Positions 15,152 to 23,989 are shown, numbered from the stretch's first letter. The stretch is DNA of 32,000 bases from Candidatus Saccharimonadota bacterium (GCA_000503915.1 CP006915.1:360001-392000), one strand, 5' to 3'. Program-made: numbers and translations. Notes: generated by a model from the letters alone, not told the origin.

Positions 15152-17263
15152 ATGTCTACAATAAACCCTAATGGCAAGGAAATTATTTCCGTTTCTGCCG
15201 ATGTGTGCGGCAAGCCGCTCACACTCGAAGTTAATCGCGTCGGCTTTCGTACAACCGCTAGTGTGCTGGTAAAGTACGGCGACACCATCGTGCTTGGCAC
15301 CACACAGATCGGCAGCCGGCCGATTCAGCTCGACTATTTCCCACTGAGTGTCGACTATGAAGAAAAAATGTATGCAGCTGGGAAAATAAGCGGCAGCCGC
15401 TTTATCAAGCGCGAAGGCCGTCCTAGTGACGAGGCAGTCTTAATCGGTCGTATTATCGACCGTCCGATCCGCCCGCTTTTTCCAAAAGGCTATCGCGCCG
15501 AAGTACAAGTAGTTGCCAGTGTGCTTTCGATGGACCCAACGTTCCGCCCCGATATGGTTGCCATGATTGCCGCCAGTGCCGCACTAAGCATCAGTGGCGC
15601 GCCGTTTGACGGTCCGGTAGCGGGGTTACGGGTTGGTCGTGTAAACGGCGAATTTAAGGCTTTCTTGACCCCCGAAGAGCGGGAGGCATCTGATCTTGAT
15701 CTTGTCGTCGCCGGTATCGAAAGTGGCGTCGTCATGGTAGAAGCTGGTGCTAACCAAGTCGATGAAGAAGTTATTATCGACGCGATCACGTGGGCACATG
15801 GCGCCATGCAGCCGGCAATTGCACTGCAGAAGGAACTGGCTGAGAAGATCGCTACCGCACCAATCGACTATGAGTTGGTCTTACCTAACGAAGCTATTCA
15901 GGCCGAAGTTGACGAGTGGACACACGAAAAACTTGGCGAAAAGCTCCAGCGACCCTACCCAGAACGCAATGAAATGATCAATGAACTTCGTTGGAAGTTT
16001 CATGAAGATATGGCTAAAAAAGTCGGTGATACATACGATGAGCAGCGCGATGAATACGATGAAGCCTTTACGATGGCGCTTCATAAAGACGTCCGCCGCG
16101 GTATCGTGGAAGAGCAAACCCGTCCTGACGGCCGTAAGCTCGATGAAATCCGCCCGCTCAGCTCTGAAGTTGGCATCCTACCGCGCACGCACGGCTCGAG
16201 CCTGTTTACGCGCGGCGTCACTCAGGGCATGAATATTATCACGCTGGCACCACTGAGCTACGCACAGATGGTTGACACTATGGAAGTTACTGATGGCGAA
16301 CGTCGGTACATGCACCACTACAATGCGCCAGGCTATACGGTCGGCGAAGTTCGTCGCCTCGGCTCGCCGGGACGTCGTGAGATTGGTCATGGCTACCTAG
16401 CTGAACGTGCCGTTTTGCCGGTGCTACCAACCGAAGAGGAATTCCCGTACGCGATTCGCAGCGTCACTGAAATTATGAGCCAAAACGGTTCAACCTCTAT
16501 GGCCGCTACCTGCTCAAGTGTTCTCGCGCTGATGGACGCCGGAGTACCACTGAAAGCGCCTGTTTCGGGTATTGCTATGGGTCTGATGATGGATGGCGAA
16601 AAGCCGTACGTACTGTCTGATATTGCCGATGCCGAAGATTTTGCTGGTGATATGGACTTTAAGGTGACCGGTACCGAGCACGGTATTACGGCTGTCCAGA
16701 TGGATATGAAGTTGCACGGCTTGCCTGTCTCTGTCCTCGCAGAAGCAATTCGTGGTTCGACTGCAGGTCGCAAGCACATCTTAGAGCATATGCTGACGAC
16801 TCTGGCGGCGCCTCGCACCAGCCTCAGCCCGTATGCGCCACGCATCGAGAAGATCAAGATCAATCCTGAGAAGATCGGGGCAGTGATTGGCAAGGGCGGT
16901 GAAGTCATCAATAAGATTACGTCTGAAACCGGCGCCGAGATCGACATAAAGGATGACGGCCTCATCACGGTAGCCAGCGCCAATGCTGACTCGATCAAGA
17001 AAGCACTTGATTGGATCAAGAGCCTGACTGAAGAGCCTGAAGTTGGTCGTATTTACGAAGGAACCGTTGTGTCGATCAAAGACTTTGGCGCCTTCGTGAA
17101 TATTATGCCGGGTACCGACGGTATGGTGCATATTTCGCAGTTGAGTGACAAGCGTGTTGAAAAAGTCACCGATGTCCTGCACGAAGGACAGGTCGTCAAG
17201 GTAAAACTAACCGGTATCGATGAACGCGGTCGCCTTAGCCTCAGTCTTAAAGACGCGGAGTAG
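15152..17263 (+). CDS. pnp: polyribonucleotide nucleotidyltransferase (PNPase)
   Basis: Two RNase PH-like domains, a KH domain (IGAVIGKGGEVINKI) and an S1 domain (GTVVSIKDFGAFVNIMPGTDGMVHISQL). ATG 15152 is chosen because of the strong SD AAAGGAGA 8 nt upstream. Confidence 0.95.
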   Translation: MSTINPNGKEIISVSADVCGKPLTLEVNRVGFRTTASVLVKYGDTIVLGTTQIGSRPIQLDYFPLSVDYEEKMYAAGKISGSRFIKREGRPSDEAVLIGRIIDRPIRPLFPKGYRAEVQVVASVLSMDPTFRPDMVAMIAASAALSISGAPFDGPVAGLRVGRVNGEFKAFLTPEEREASDLDLVVAGIESGVVMVEAGANQVDEEVIIDAITWAHGAMQPAIALQKELAEKIATAPIDYELVLPNEAIQAEVDEWTHEKLGEKLQRPYPERNEMINELRWKFHEDMAKKVGDTYDEQRDEYDEAFTMALHKDVRRGIVEEQTRPDGRKLDEIRPLSSEVGILPRTHGSSLFTRGVTQGMNIITLAPLSYAQMVDTMEVTDGERRYMHHYNAPGYTVGEVRRLGSPGRREIGHGYLAERAVLPVLPTEEEFPYAIRSVTEIMSQNGSTSMAATCSSVLALMDAGVPLKAPVSGIAMGLMMDGEKPYVLSDIADAEDFAGDMDFKVTGTEHGITAVQMDMKLHGLPVSVLAEAIRGSTAGRKHILEHMLTTLAAPRTSLSPYAPRIEKIKINPEKIGAVIGKGGEVINKITSETGAEIDIKDDGLITVASANADSIKKALDWIKSLTEEPEVGRIYEGTVVSIKDFGAFVNIMPGTDGMVHISQLSDKRVEKVTDVLHEGQVVKVKLTGIDERGRLSLSLKDAE

Positions 17264-17267
17264 TAGA

Positions 17268-17876
17268 GTGGATAAAAAAGCTCTACTTGAGCAAATTGCG
17301 GCAGACATTCGAAGCGAGAATGTCTGTCCAGATTTGGCCAAGGGTGCACATAGCTTAGTAATGGGCGATGGCAATGCAGATGCCGATATCATCTTTATTG
17401 GTGAAGCGCCAGGAAAGAATGAGGACGAGCAGGGATTGCCATTTGTCGGCGCCGCAGGGAAGTTTCTCAACGAAATGCTGGCTGCCGCCGACATGGATCG
17501 TAGCGATGTCTTTATCACCAATATTGTGAAGTACCGCCCACCGAATAACCGTGACCCCCTGCCAGAGGAAAAACAGGCTTTTTGGCCGTACTTAGCGCGG
17601 CAGCTGGAGATCATTGATCCTAAAGCGATTGTCACGTTAGGTCGTCATAGCATGGAATTTTTCTTACCAGATGCCCGCATCAGTCAAATCCACGGACATG
17701 CTGTCAGGAAAAAGGTAAAATACCATGACGGAAAAGAGTATGAATGGCTAATCATTCCGCTTTATCACCCCGCAGCAGCACTCTATAATGGCAGCATGAG
17801 GCAGACATTAATCGACGACTTCTTACGAGTACCGCAAATGATAAAACAAATGGAGGACTTGTCAAATATCGACTAA
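17268..17876 (+). CDS. uracil-DNA glycosylase, family-4 type (cysteine-less variant)
   Basis: Signature IIFIGEAPGKNEDEQGLPFVGAAGKFLNEML, plus NIVKYRPPNNRDP and HPAAALY. GTG 17268 with GGAG 7 nt upstream is chosen because the ORF-track start lies inside pnp. Confidence 0.85.
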   Translation: MDKKALLEQIAADIRSENVCPDLAKGAHSLVMGDGNADADIIFIGEAPGKNEDEQGLPFVGAAGKFLNEMLAAADMDRSDVFITNIVKYRPPNNRDPLPEEKQAFWPYLARQLEIIDPKAIVTLGRHSMEFFLPDARISQIHGHAVRKKVKYHDGKEYEWLIIPLYHPAAALYNGSMRQTLIDDFLRVPQMIKQMEDLSNID

Positions 17877-17888
17877 GTGTGCTATAAT
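17859..17888 (+). promoter_or_regulatory. promoter for rnj: TTGTCA, 18 nt, TGcTATAAT (extended -10)
   Basis: Hexamers at 17859-17864 and 17883-17888, with TG at 17880-17881. It predicts a ~108-nt AU-rich 5' UTR ending in the SD AAAGGAGA. Confidence 0.5.
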
Positions 17889-18002
17889 CAGAGCACTTGC
17901 AAAAGGGAATGTCTTGTAAACCTGCCGTAACCCCTCGCCTTGTATTTATATTTAATTTTGAAATTATTAAACACATTTCTATTAAAAGGAGAAAAATAAC
18001 TT

Positions 18003-20132
18003 ATGGGTCAACGACGACTCGCGAAGCCGCAATCTGACGATATGTCGAAGCGGCCGCAAAACCAACAAAAACGACGATCCGACAACACGGTTCTCAACAA
18101 TACCAGTACCCGTCGCGGTGAAGTCTTTCGCGCGCAGCGCCGCACGTCCGAAGACGTCAATCTGCGCGCCTCACAGCATATCATCAATATCCCGGTCAAC
18201 AAGAGTATCTATAACGGCTATGAAGGCCGCCAATTCAGCCTGGCTGACCAAAAGAAGCAACCCAAGATGGCCGGACCGAAGCTCCGCGTTATTCCTATTG
18301 GTGGGCTCGGTGAGATGGGTATCGGTAAAAACATGATGGCGATCGAATACGACAACGACATTATCGTCATCGACATGGGATTTTTGTTCCCGGGTGGTGA
18401 CTACCCAGGCATCAATTACATTACCCCAGACATTACCTGGCTGGAGGCAAATAAGCACAAGATCCGCGGCCATGTCTTTACGCACGGTCACCTCGATCAT
18501 ATCGGTGCCTTTCGTCATATAGTTCATAAGATTCCAGCACCAGTCTACGGCAGTAAATTTACGCTTGGTATGCTGAAGCGGACGATGGAGGAATCACAGA
18601 GTGGCTACGAACCCGAGTACTATGAGCTTAATCCAGAACTGCACGAACGTGTGCAACTCGGCGACAGCTTCAGTATCGAGCTGGTGCGTGTCAATCACTC
18701 TATCCCGGACGCCACTGCCGTCGTCATTCGTACGCCGCTTGGCGTACTGGTCGACACCGGTGACTGGCGCTTTGAAGAAAATCCGGTCGACGGTAAAAAG
18801 TTTGACCTGGAGCGTCTAACTGAAATTTCTGCTAAAGAAGGCATCCTGATGCTGATGAACGAGAGTACCAACTGTGAATCGGAAGGTACGCACAATCACG
18901 GCGAATTTGATATTCAGCGCTCAATGGGGCAGGTGATGGAAAAATATCCAAACTCCCGCCTTATTATCAGCTGCTTCTCGTCGCAGCTCCACCGCATGCA
19001 GGTTATCCTCGATGAAGCCAAGAAGCACGACCGAAAAGTCGCGTTTGCCGGCTACAGCATGATCCAAAACCTCGAAGTCGCCTTGCGTACTGGCATTATC
19101 AAAGTGCCGAAAGACGTTGTCATGAAGATGGAAGACGTCGTCAAACTGCCCGACGGCAAAGTAACGATTATTTGTACCGGAAGCCAAGGTGAGTTTAACG
19201 CGGTGTTGAACCGTATGGCGAGCGGTGCACACAAGCACATCAAGATTAAAAACTCTGATGTGGTCGTCTTTAGCTCTAACCCAATTCCGGGTAACGAAAA
19301 GTACGTTGTGCGTACGGTTGACGGCTTGATGCGTGAAGGTAGTGAAGTTATCCAAAACGGTAAGACGCACCTGACTGGTGTTGGTCCGCTCCACCTTTCT
19401 GGTCACGGCTACTACGACGACCACGTCAAGCTGGTGACAGCGCTCAACCCGACCTATTACATGCCGATTCACGGTGAATTCCACATGTTGGTACACAACG
19501 CTGAGCTGGCCGAAAAGGAAGCTGGCATTCCACGTCGTAATATCTTTGTTTGTGACGCCGGTGACATTGTAGAGATTACTACCGAGGGTGCACGTAAAGC
19601 TGGCCGTATCCCGGTCGGTGGTATCATGTACGACGACAGCGGTGCTGTGGTCAGTGAAGTGGTTTTGAAAGATCGCATCCATATGGCCAACGAAGGTATG
19701 TTCGTGGTGGTTCTAACCGTCCAGCGAGGTACTGGCCGCTTACTGACCAGCCCGGATATTATCTCACGCGGGTTCATCTACTTACGTGACTCGGAAGAAC
19801 TCATGGGACTCATCCGTCAGTACTTGAAGCAAAAAGTTGCTCGCAGCTTTAGTGGTAAGAAGATTGATCTTGATCAGATCAAGAAAGAGATAAAGGACGA
19901 GATTACCCATGTTCTTTACGACCAGACCCGTCGCACGCCAATTGTTATTCCGGTTATCAATGAGATCGGTGGAGCCGGCCAAGTTGCCAGAACGCCTCGA
20001 CCTGAGCAGAGACCAGCCCAGCAGCAACAGCAGCCGTACCGTCGTCCGGCACCAAAGCAATTTCAACCGCCCCAGGTACCCGACACCGAGGCAATCGCCC
20101 CGCACACCAAAAGTGATAATCGAGGTTACTAA
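18003..20132 (+). CDS. rnj: ribonuclease J
   Basis: Metallo-beta-lactamase motif FTHGHLDHIGA, beta-CASP region, and the conserved RVIPIGGLGEMGIGKNMM entry. Carries a ~90-aa basic N-terminal extension and a Gln/Pro-rich C-terminal extension. Confidence 0.93.
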   Translation: MGQRRLAKPQSDDMSKRPQNQQKRRSDNTVLNNTSTRRGEVFRAQRRTSEDVNLRASQHIINIPVNKSIYNGYEGRQFSLADQKKQPKMAGPKLRVIPIGGLGEMGIGKNMMAIEYDNDIIVIDMGFLFPGGDYPGINYITPDITWLEANKHKIRGHVFTHGHLDHIGAFRHIVHKIPAPVYGSKFTLGMLKRTMEESQSGYEPEYYELNPELHERVQLGDSFSIELVRVNHSIPDATAVVIRTPLGVLVDTGDWRFEENPVDGKKFDLERLTEISAKEGILMLMNESTNCESEGTHNHGEFDIQRSMGQVMEKYPNSRLIISCFSSQLHRMQVILDEAKKHDRKVAFAGYSMIQNLEVALRTGIIKVPKDVVMKMEDVVKLPDGKVTIICTGSQGEFNAVLNRMASGAHKHIKIKNSDVVVFSSNPIPGNEKYVVRTVDGLMREGSEVIQNGKTHLTGVGPLHLSGHGYYDDHVKLVTALNPTYYMPIHGEFHMLVHNAELAEKEAGIPRRNIFVCDAGDIVEITTEGARKAGRIPVGGIMYDDSGAVVSEVVLKDRIHMANEGMFVVVLTVQRGTGRLLTSPDIISRGFIYLRDSEELMGLIRQYLKQKVARSFSGKKIDLDQIKKEIKDEITHVLYDQTRRTPIVIPVINEIGGAGQVARTPRPEQRPAQQQQQPYRRPAPKQFQPPQVPDTEAIAPHTKSDNRGY

Positions 20133-20554
20133 TGGATAAAGACGCCATTTTGACTCGTATGGCGTCAATCCACTTTCCTGATCCAGGCGGCGTCATTATC
20201 GTAGGAGGCACGGCAATGGCAATGCTTGGCATCCGTAAAGCAGAGGATATTGATCTACTTCTCAGCTGGCAGAACTGGCGGTACGTAAGTACGCTGCCGG
20301 ACTGGAGGCTGACGACTTCATACGGAAGACGGCATTTTATTAGCATAGATGGCGATTTTGATGCATGGCGGTGGTGGTTCGATACAAACGCGAGACGACG
20401 GATCTCCTTTCAAGAGATAGCTTCTCACTGCCTCGTTACCCAGGCGGGGTACCTTCTCCCAGCGGCCGATTACCAGATAGTAATGAAGCGTCAACTAAAT
20501 CGCCCCAAAGACCGGGCCGATATTGAACGGATCGTACAGCATCGGTCGACATAA
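20132..20554 (+). CDS. nucleotidyltransferase-fold (minimal NTase-like) protein
   Basis: VIIVGGTAMAMLGIRKAEDIDLLL matches the G(G/S)x9-13DhDh NTase motif. A third acidic strand ISIDGDFD follows, and RPKDRADIERI at the C-terminus. The start overlaps the rnj stop by 1 nt (TAATG). Confidence 0.5.
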   Translation: MDKDAILTRMASIHFPDPGGVIIVGGTAMAMLGIRKAEDIDLLLSWQNWRYVSTLPDWRLTTSYGRRHFISIDGDFDAWRWWFDTNARRRISFQEIASHCLVTQAGYLLPAADYQIVMKRQLNRPKDRADIERIVQHRST

Positions 20555-20559
20555 GTCTC

Positions 20560-20588
20560 TTGTAAAATAGAGCTAAGTATGTTATTAT
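20560..20588 (+). promoter_or_regulatory. sigma-70-type promoter (TTGTAA, 17 nt, TATTAT) upstream of the PQ-loop gene
   Basis: Hexamers at 20560-20565 and 20583-20588. It predicts a ~58-nt leader before ATG 20653. Confidence 0.5.
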
Positions 20589-20652
20589 ATAAAAGTAAAT
20601 AACTTTAGCGGGTGTAGATCTCGCTATCATAAAACCAACAGTACCAAACACC

Positions 20653-20961
20653 ATGCATATTATTGAAGTCATCTATATTGTTAGTGCGACGTCGGCGATC
20701 ATCGCCTGCATGCCGCAGCTTAGCCAGATATATAAGGCAAAAGCCTCGGATGAGTTGAGCCTAGCTACTTGGACAACGTGGATGATCACCCAGATGGTGT
20801 CCCTCGGCTATGTTAGTTATGTCGGTAATGGTTTGTTGGTTGTCGTATCGACAGCGTGGGTGAGCTTCTATGCGTTGATGGTCTGCTTGATTGTAAAATA
20901 CCGCCGGCCGGTTGCTGTATTGGCCGAGGCTCCATCCCTTACTGACGAAGCTGAAACATAA
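20653..20961 (+). CDS. SemiSWEET / PQ-loop family small membrane transporter
   Basis: 102 aa with three predicted TM helices. PQ-loop signature ACMPQLSQIYKAKASDELSLATW in helix 1 and the following loop. Confidence 0.7.
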   Translation: MHIIEVIYIVSATSAIIACMPQLSQIYKAKASDELSLATWTTWMITQMVSLGYVSYVGNGLLVVVSTAWVSFYALMVCLIVKYRRPVAVLAEAPSLTDEAET

Positions 20962-20966
20962 GCTGC

Positions 20967-20995
20967 TTGCAAAACATTGTAAATTTTGCTATAAT
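20967..20995 (+). promoter_or_regulatory. sigma-70-type promoter (TTGCAA, 17 nt, TATAAT) upstream of ftsK
   Basis: Hexamers at 20967-20972 and 20990-20995. A second TATAAT at 21022-21027 ends 9 nt before ATG 21037. Confidence 0.55.
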
Positions 20996-21036
20996 ATGCA
21001 TGTATCTGCCGTTAAGCAGGGTATAATAAAACAGTT

Positions 21037-23259
21037 ATGGCTAAAAAGAAAAAGCGAACTACTCGAAAAAAAGCCGCCGCTAAACCAGCTCCGCAGCATG
21101 CATTGCCGACGGGTTTTTGGGGGCAGGTAGGTGCTGTCTTTTTGGCGGCTGTCTCTATATTGTTTATTGTGGCGTGGTTTGGGGTCGGGGGGCCCATCCT
21201 CGAGTGGCTCCAGCAAGCGGCGCTGGCAACGATTGGCTACGCCGTCTATATCCTACCGCTGCTATTTGTCTATCTCGCTGTTGAAATATTTCGAGCCGAA
21301 GGGAATCGTATCCCGATGGTGATGAAACTGAGTGCAGCGCTCCTAATCCTCTGGTTTAGTGGGCTGTTTGGTCTGATGGATCAGCGGGCGGCGCAAACTG
21401 GCGGGTTCTTTGGGCAACTACTCAACAACGGCGTATTGGCACTTGTCGACAAGGGAGTAGCGGTGTTTGTTTACGTGCTGCTAATCCTCGTTACCGTCCT
21501 ATTTATTGTCCGTGTCTCGCCGATTACACTGGTGAGAAAGCTCTGGGAGCTAATTCGTACCCGTAGTGAAGATGGTGAGCAAGCTGAAAACGTCAAAGTT
21601 ATGCGTAAGGCCGCCGAGTCCGATAACGTTGGTGCAGAGTTCAAGCTCAATGCTGGCGTACCAACGCTTGATTCGTCGGAGAGTAAACGTTCGGCACGTT
21701 TGTCGAGTTTGAAGAGTAGCGTTAAGCAAGATAAGGCGGCCGAAGAGCAGGCGGCACTCGTCGCAGTGAGCGACCCGAACTGGCAGCGTCCAAGTGTCGA
21801 TCTCCTAGAGAAAAAACAGAGTCCAGCCGATGCTGGCGATGTTCAGCATAACGCTCAGATTATCAAGGAAACGCTTGGCGAGTTCAGCATCGATGTCGAG
21901 ATGGAAGGCGCCAACATCGGGCCAAAAGTTACCCAGTACACCTTGAAACCACCAAGTGGGGTCAAGCTGACGCGTATCACGCAGCTAGAGACGAATATCG
22001 CGCTCAATCTCGCGGCTCAGAGTTTACGTATTGAAGCGCCGATCCCTGGCCAGCGCGCGGTCGGTATTGAAGTTCCAAACCTCAAAGCGGCCGATGTGCG
22101 TATTCGCGGTATCTTAGAGTCAAAGCAGTGGCAGGGCAATCGTGAGCCGCTTGGCTTTGCGATCGGGCGTGATATTTCCGGTGATGCCGTCGTTGGGCAG
22201 CTCAATAAGATGCCGCACCTACTGATCGCTGGACAGACCGGCTCTGGTAAGTCTGTCATGATCAATACGCTACTCACCAGCCTGCTGTATCGTAATAGTC
22301 CGAGCGAAATGAAACTCATCTTGGTTGATCCAAAGCAGGTAGAGATGGCGCCATATGCTGATATCCCACATCTATTGACTCCAGTTATCACCGAGCCGGA
22401 AAAGACGATCTCAGCACTGAAGTGGGCGGTCAATGAGATGGAGCGCCGCTATCGACTCCTCGCCGAAGAGAAAGTACGTGATATTAAGAGCTACAACCAG
22501 AAGGTTCAAAGTGGCGGAGCAAAAATATCTGTTCAAGATGATGAAGGCAATGCCCAAGAGGTTGACCAAGGTGCTATGCCGTATGTCGTCATTGTTATCG
22601 ATGAGCTGGCCGACCTGATGATGGTCGCAGCCCGCGACGTCGAAGCGCTGGTTGTCCGCCTAGCGCAAAAAGCCCGTGCCGTTGGAATCCATCTGGTACT
22701 GGCCACACAGCGGCCGAGCGTCGACGTGATCACTGGTCTGATCAAGGCTAATATCCCAGCTCGTATCGCCTTTACGGTTGCGAGCCAAGTTGATAGTCGC
22801 ACGATTCTCGACCAGGTGGGCGCCGAGAAATTACTAGGTCAAGGTGACATGCTTATGAAAACTGCTGAAATGCCGAAACCGCGCCGTCTCCAGGGAGCTT
22901 GGGTTATGGATGACGAGGTAGTGAAGGTAACCGATCACTTGCGCATGCAATCAGCGCCGCAGTACAACGACGAAGTCGTCTCGCAGCCTGTTCAGCTCAA
23001 TGGTAAGGGCGGCGTCGTAATGGACTTTGACCACGAGGGTGGCGATGATATGTATAAAGATGCGCTCCGCGTCGTCGTGGATAGCGGCAAGGCTTCGACC
23101 TCCCTGCTGCAGCGCCGCCTGCGCATCGGCTACGCTCGTGCTGCTCGTATTATCGAAGAGATGGAAGACCAAGGGGTGATTGGCCAAGCCGACGGTTCGC
23201 GGCCGCGCGAAGTGCTGATATCGAGTCTCGACGATCTCAATGCTTCGGATGATTTTTAG
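21037..23259 (+). CDS. ftsK: DNA translocase FtsK
   Basis: N-terminal TM helices and a linker. Motor domain with Walker A GQTGSGKS and Walker B VVIVIDELADLM. Gamma winged-helix domain STSLLQRRLRIGYARAARIIEEMEDQGVIG. Confidence 0.95.
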   Translation: MAKKKKRTTRKKAAAKPAPQHALPTGFWGQVGAVFLAAVSILFIVAWFGVGGPILEWLQQAALATIGYAVYILPLLFVYLAVEIFRAEGNRIPMVMKLSAALLILWFSGLFGLMDQRAAQTGGFFGQLLNNGVLALVDKGVAVFVYVLLILVTVLFIVRVSPITLVRKLWELIRTRSEDGEQAENVKVMRKAAESDNVGAEFKLNAGVPTLDSSESKRSARLSSLKSSVKQDKAAEEQAALVAVSDPNWQRPSVDLLEKKQSPADAGDVQHNAQIIKETLGEFSIDVEMEGANIGPKVTQYTLKPPSGVKLTRITQLETNIALNLAAQSLRIEAPIPGQRAVGIEVPNLKAADVRIRGILESKQWQGNREPLGFAIGRDISGDAVVGQLNKMPHLLIAGQTGSGKSVMINTLLTSLLYRNSPSEMKLILVDPKQVEMAPYADIPHLLTPVITEPEKTISALKWAVNEMERRYRLLAEEKVRDIKSYNQKVQSGGAKISVQDDEGNAQEVDQGAMPYVVIVIDELADLMMVAARDVEALVVRLAQKARAVGIHLVLATQRPSVDVITGLIKANIPARIAFTVASQVDSRTILDQVGAEKLLGQGDMLMKTAEMPKPRRLQGAWVMDDEVVKVTDHLRMQSAPQYNDEVVSQPVQLNGKGGVVMDFDHEGGDDMYKDALRVVVDSGKASTSLLQRRLRIGYARAARIIEEMEDQGVIGQADGSRPREVLISSLDDLNASDDF

Positions 23260-23280
23260 ATAATACGCTCCAATTTATCG

Positions 23281-23289
23281 TGCTATTAT
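23281..23289 (+). promoter_or_regulatory. extended -10 promoter TGcTATTAT ending 6 nt before the pilin ATG
   Basis: TGCTATTAT at 23281-23289 and ATG at 23296. No SD is present, so a leaderless transcript is predicted. Confidence 0.5.
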
Positions 23290-23295
23290 GGGGGC

Positions 23296-23892
23296 ATGAG
23301 AAAAACCATAAGCATGTCCGGTAGTGAATCTTTGTGCGCAAAGGGTCTACTGCGGCGTGGTTTCACGATTATTGAACTCCTGATCGTCATCGTGGTGATT
23401 GCAATTCTCGCAGCGATTACGGTCGTGGCGTATAACGGTATTCAAACTCGAGCGAATAATACGCAGACAATTGATGCCGTGAAGCAATTCGTTAAAGCAT
23501 ATCATCTCTACGCGATCGATAACGGTGACTACCCACAGTTTGCAGGCTGCTTAGGTGAAGGATATCCGGCGCCGAATGCTCGTTGTCTGTCTCAGAGCAC
23601 GGCAGAGTGTTGGGGCACTGGCGGTGCAACCAGCCTCGCTATAAACGAGGCGCTGAAGCCCTATATGAACGGTCGGGTGCCGTCTCCGAGTATGCAGCAA
23701 GCTACTTGCGGGGCTACTACCTATGTTGGTGCGTACGGTTCTTATTCAAGTACCACGAAAACAGTAACTGTATACATGATCTTGAAAGGTAATCAGGTCT
23801 GCCCGCCAATGAGTCCAAATACGGTTACCGTAGGAACGTCATTTATTGGTGATGCCACGAGGTGCTTCTATAGGATAGAGGCAGCCGCATAG
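23296..23892 (+). CDS. type IV pilin / prepilin-type N-terminal cleavage-methylation domain protein
   Basis: Class III signal LLRRG|FTIIELLIVIVVIAILAAITVVAY. The mature globular part contains 7 Cys. Confidence 0.85.
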   Translation: MRKTISMSGSESLCAKGLLRRGFTIIELLIVIVVIAILAAITVVAYNGIQTRANNTQTIDAVKQFVKAYHLYAIDNGDYPQFAGCLGEGYPAPNARCLSQSTAECWGTGGATSLAINEALKPYMNGRVPSPSMQQATCGATTYVGAYGSYSSTTKTVTVYMILKGNQVCPPMSPNTVTVGTSFIGDATRCFYRIEAAA

Positions 23893-23925
23893 CTAGCATA
23901 TTTCTAACAAGTATCGTATAATATC

Positions 23926-23950
23926 TAGGATATCAACTCAGCTTATCCTA
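23926..23950 (+). promoter_or_regulatory. hairpin in the rpsF 5' leader (candidate S6:S18 autoregulatory leader)
   Basis: TAGGATA (23926-23932) pairs perfectly with TATCCTA (23944-23950) around an 11-nt loop. It lies downstream of TATAAT (23917-23922) and upstream of the SD AAAGGAG. Confidence 0.35.
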
Positions 23951-23989
23951 CGAGGTAAGCATCCATAACGGATTCCAAAGGAGAACTAC

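Noticed and set aside
18921-19682. 253-aa minus-strand ORF
   Set aside because: It lies entirely antisense to the motif-supported RNase J gene. It has no start context or recognisable domain and looks like a typical shadow ORF. The same reasoning applies to 16393-17019 and 16781-17182 (antisense to pnp), 3071-3655 (antisense to polA), 22017-22433 (antisense to ftsK) and the other short antisense ORFs in the track.
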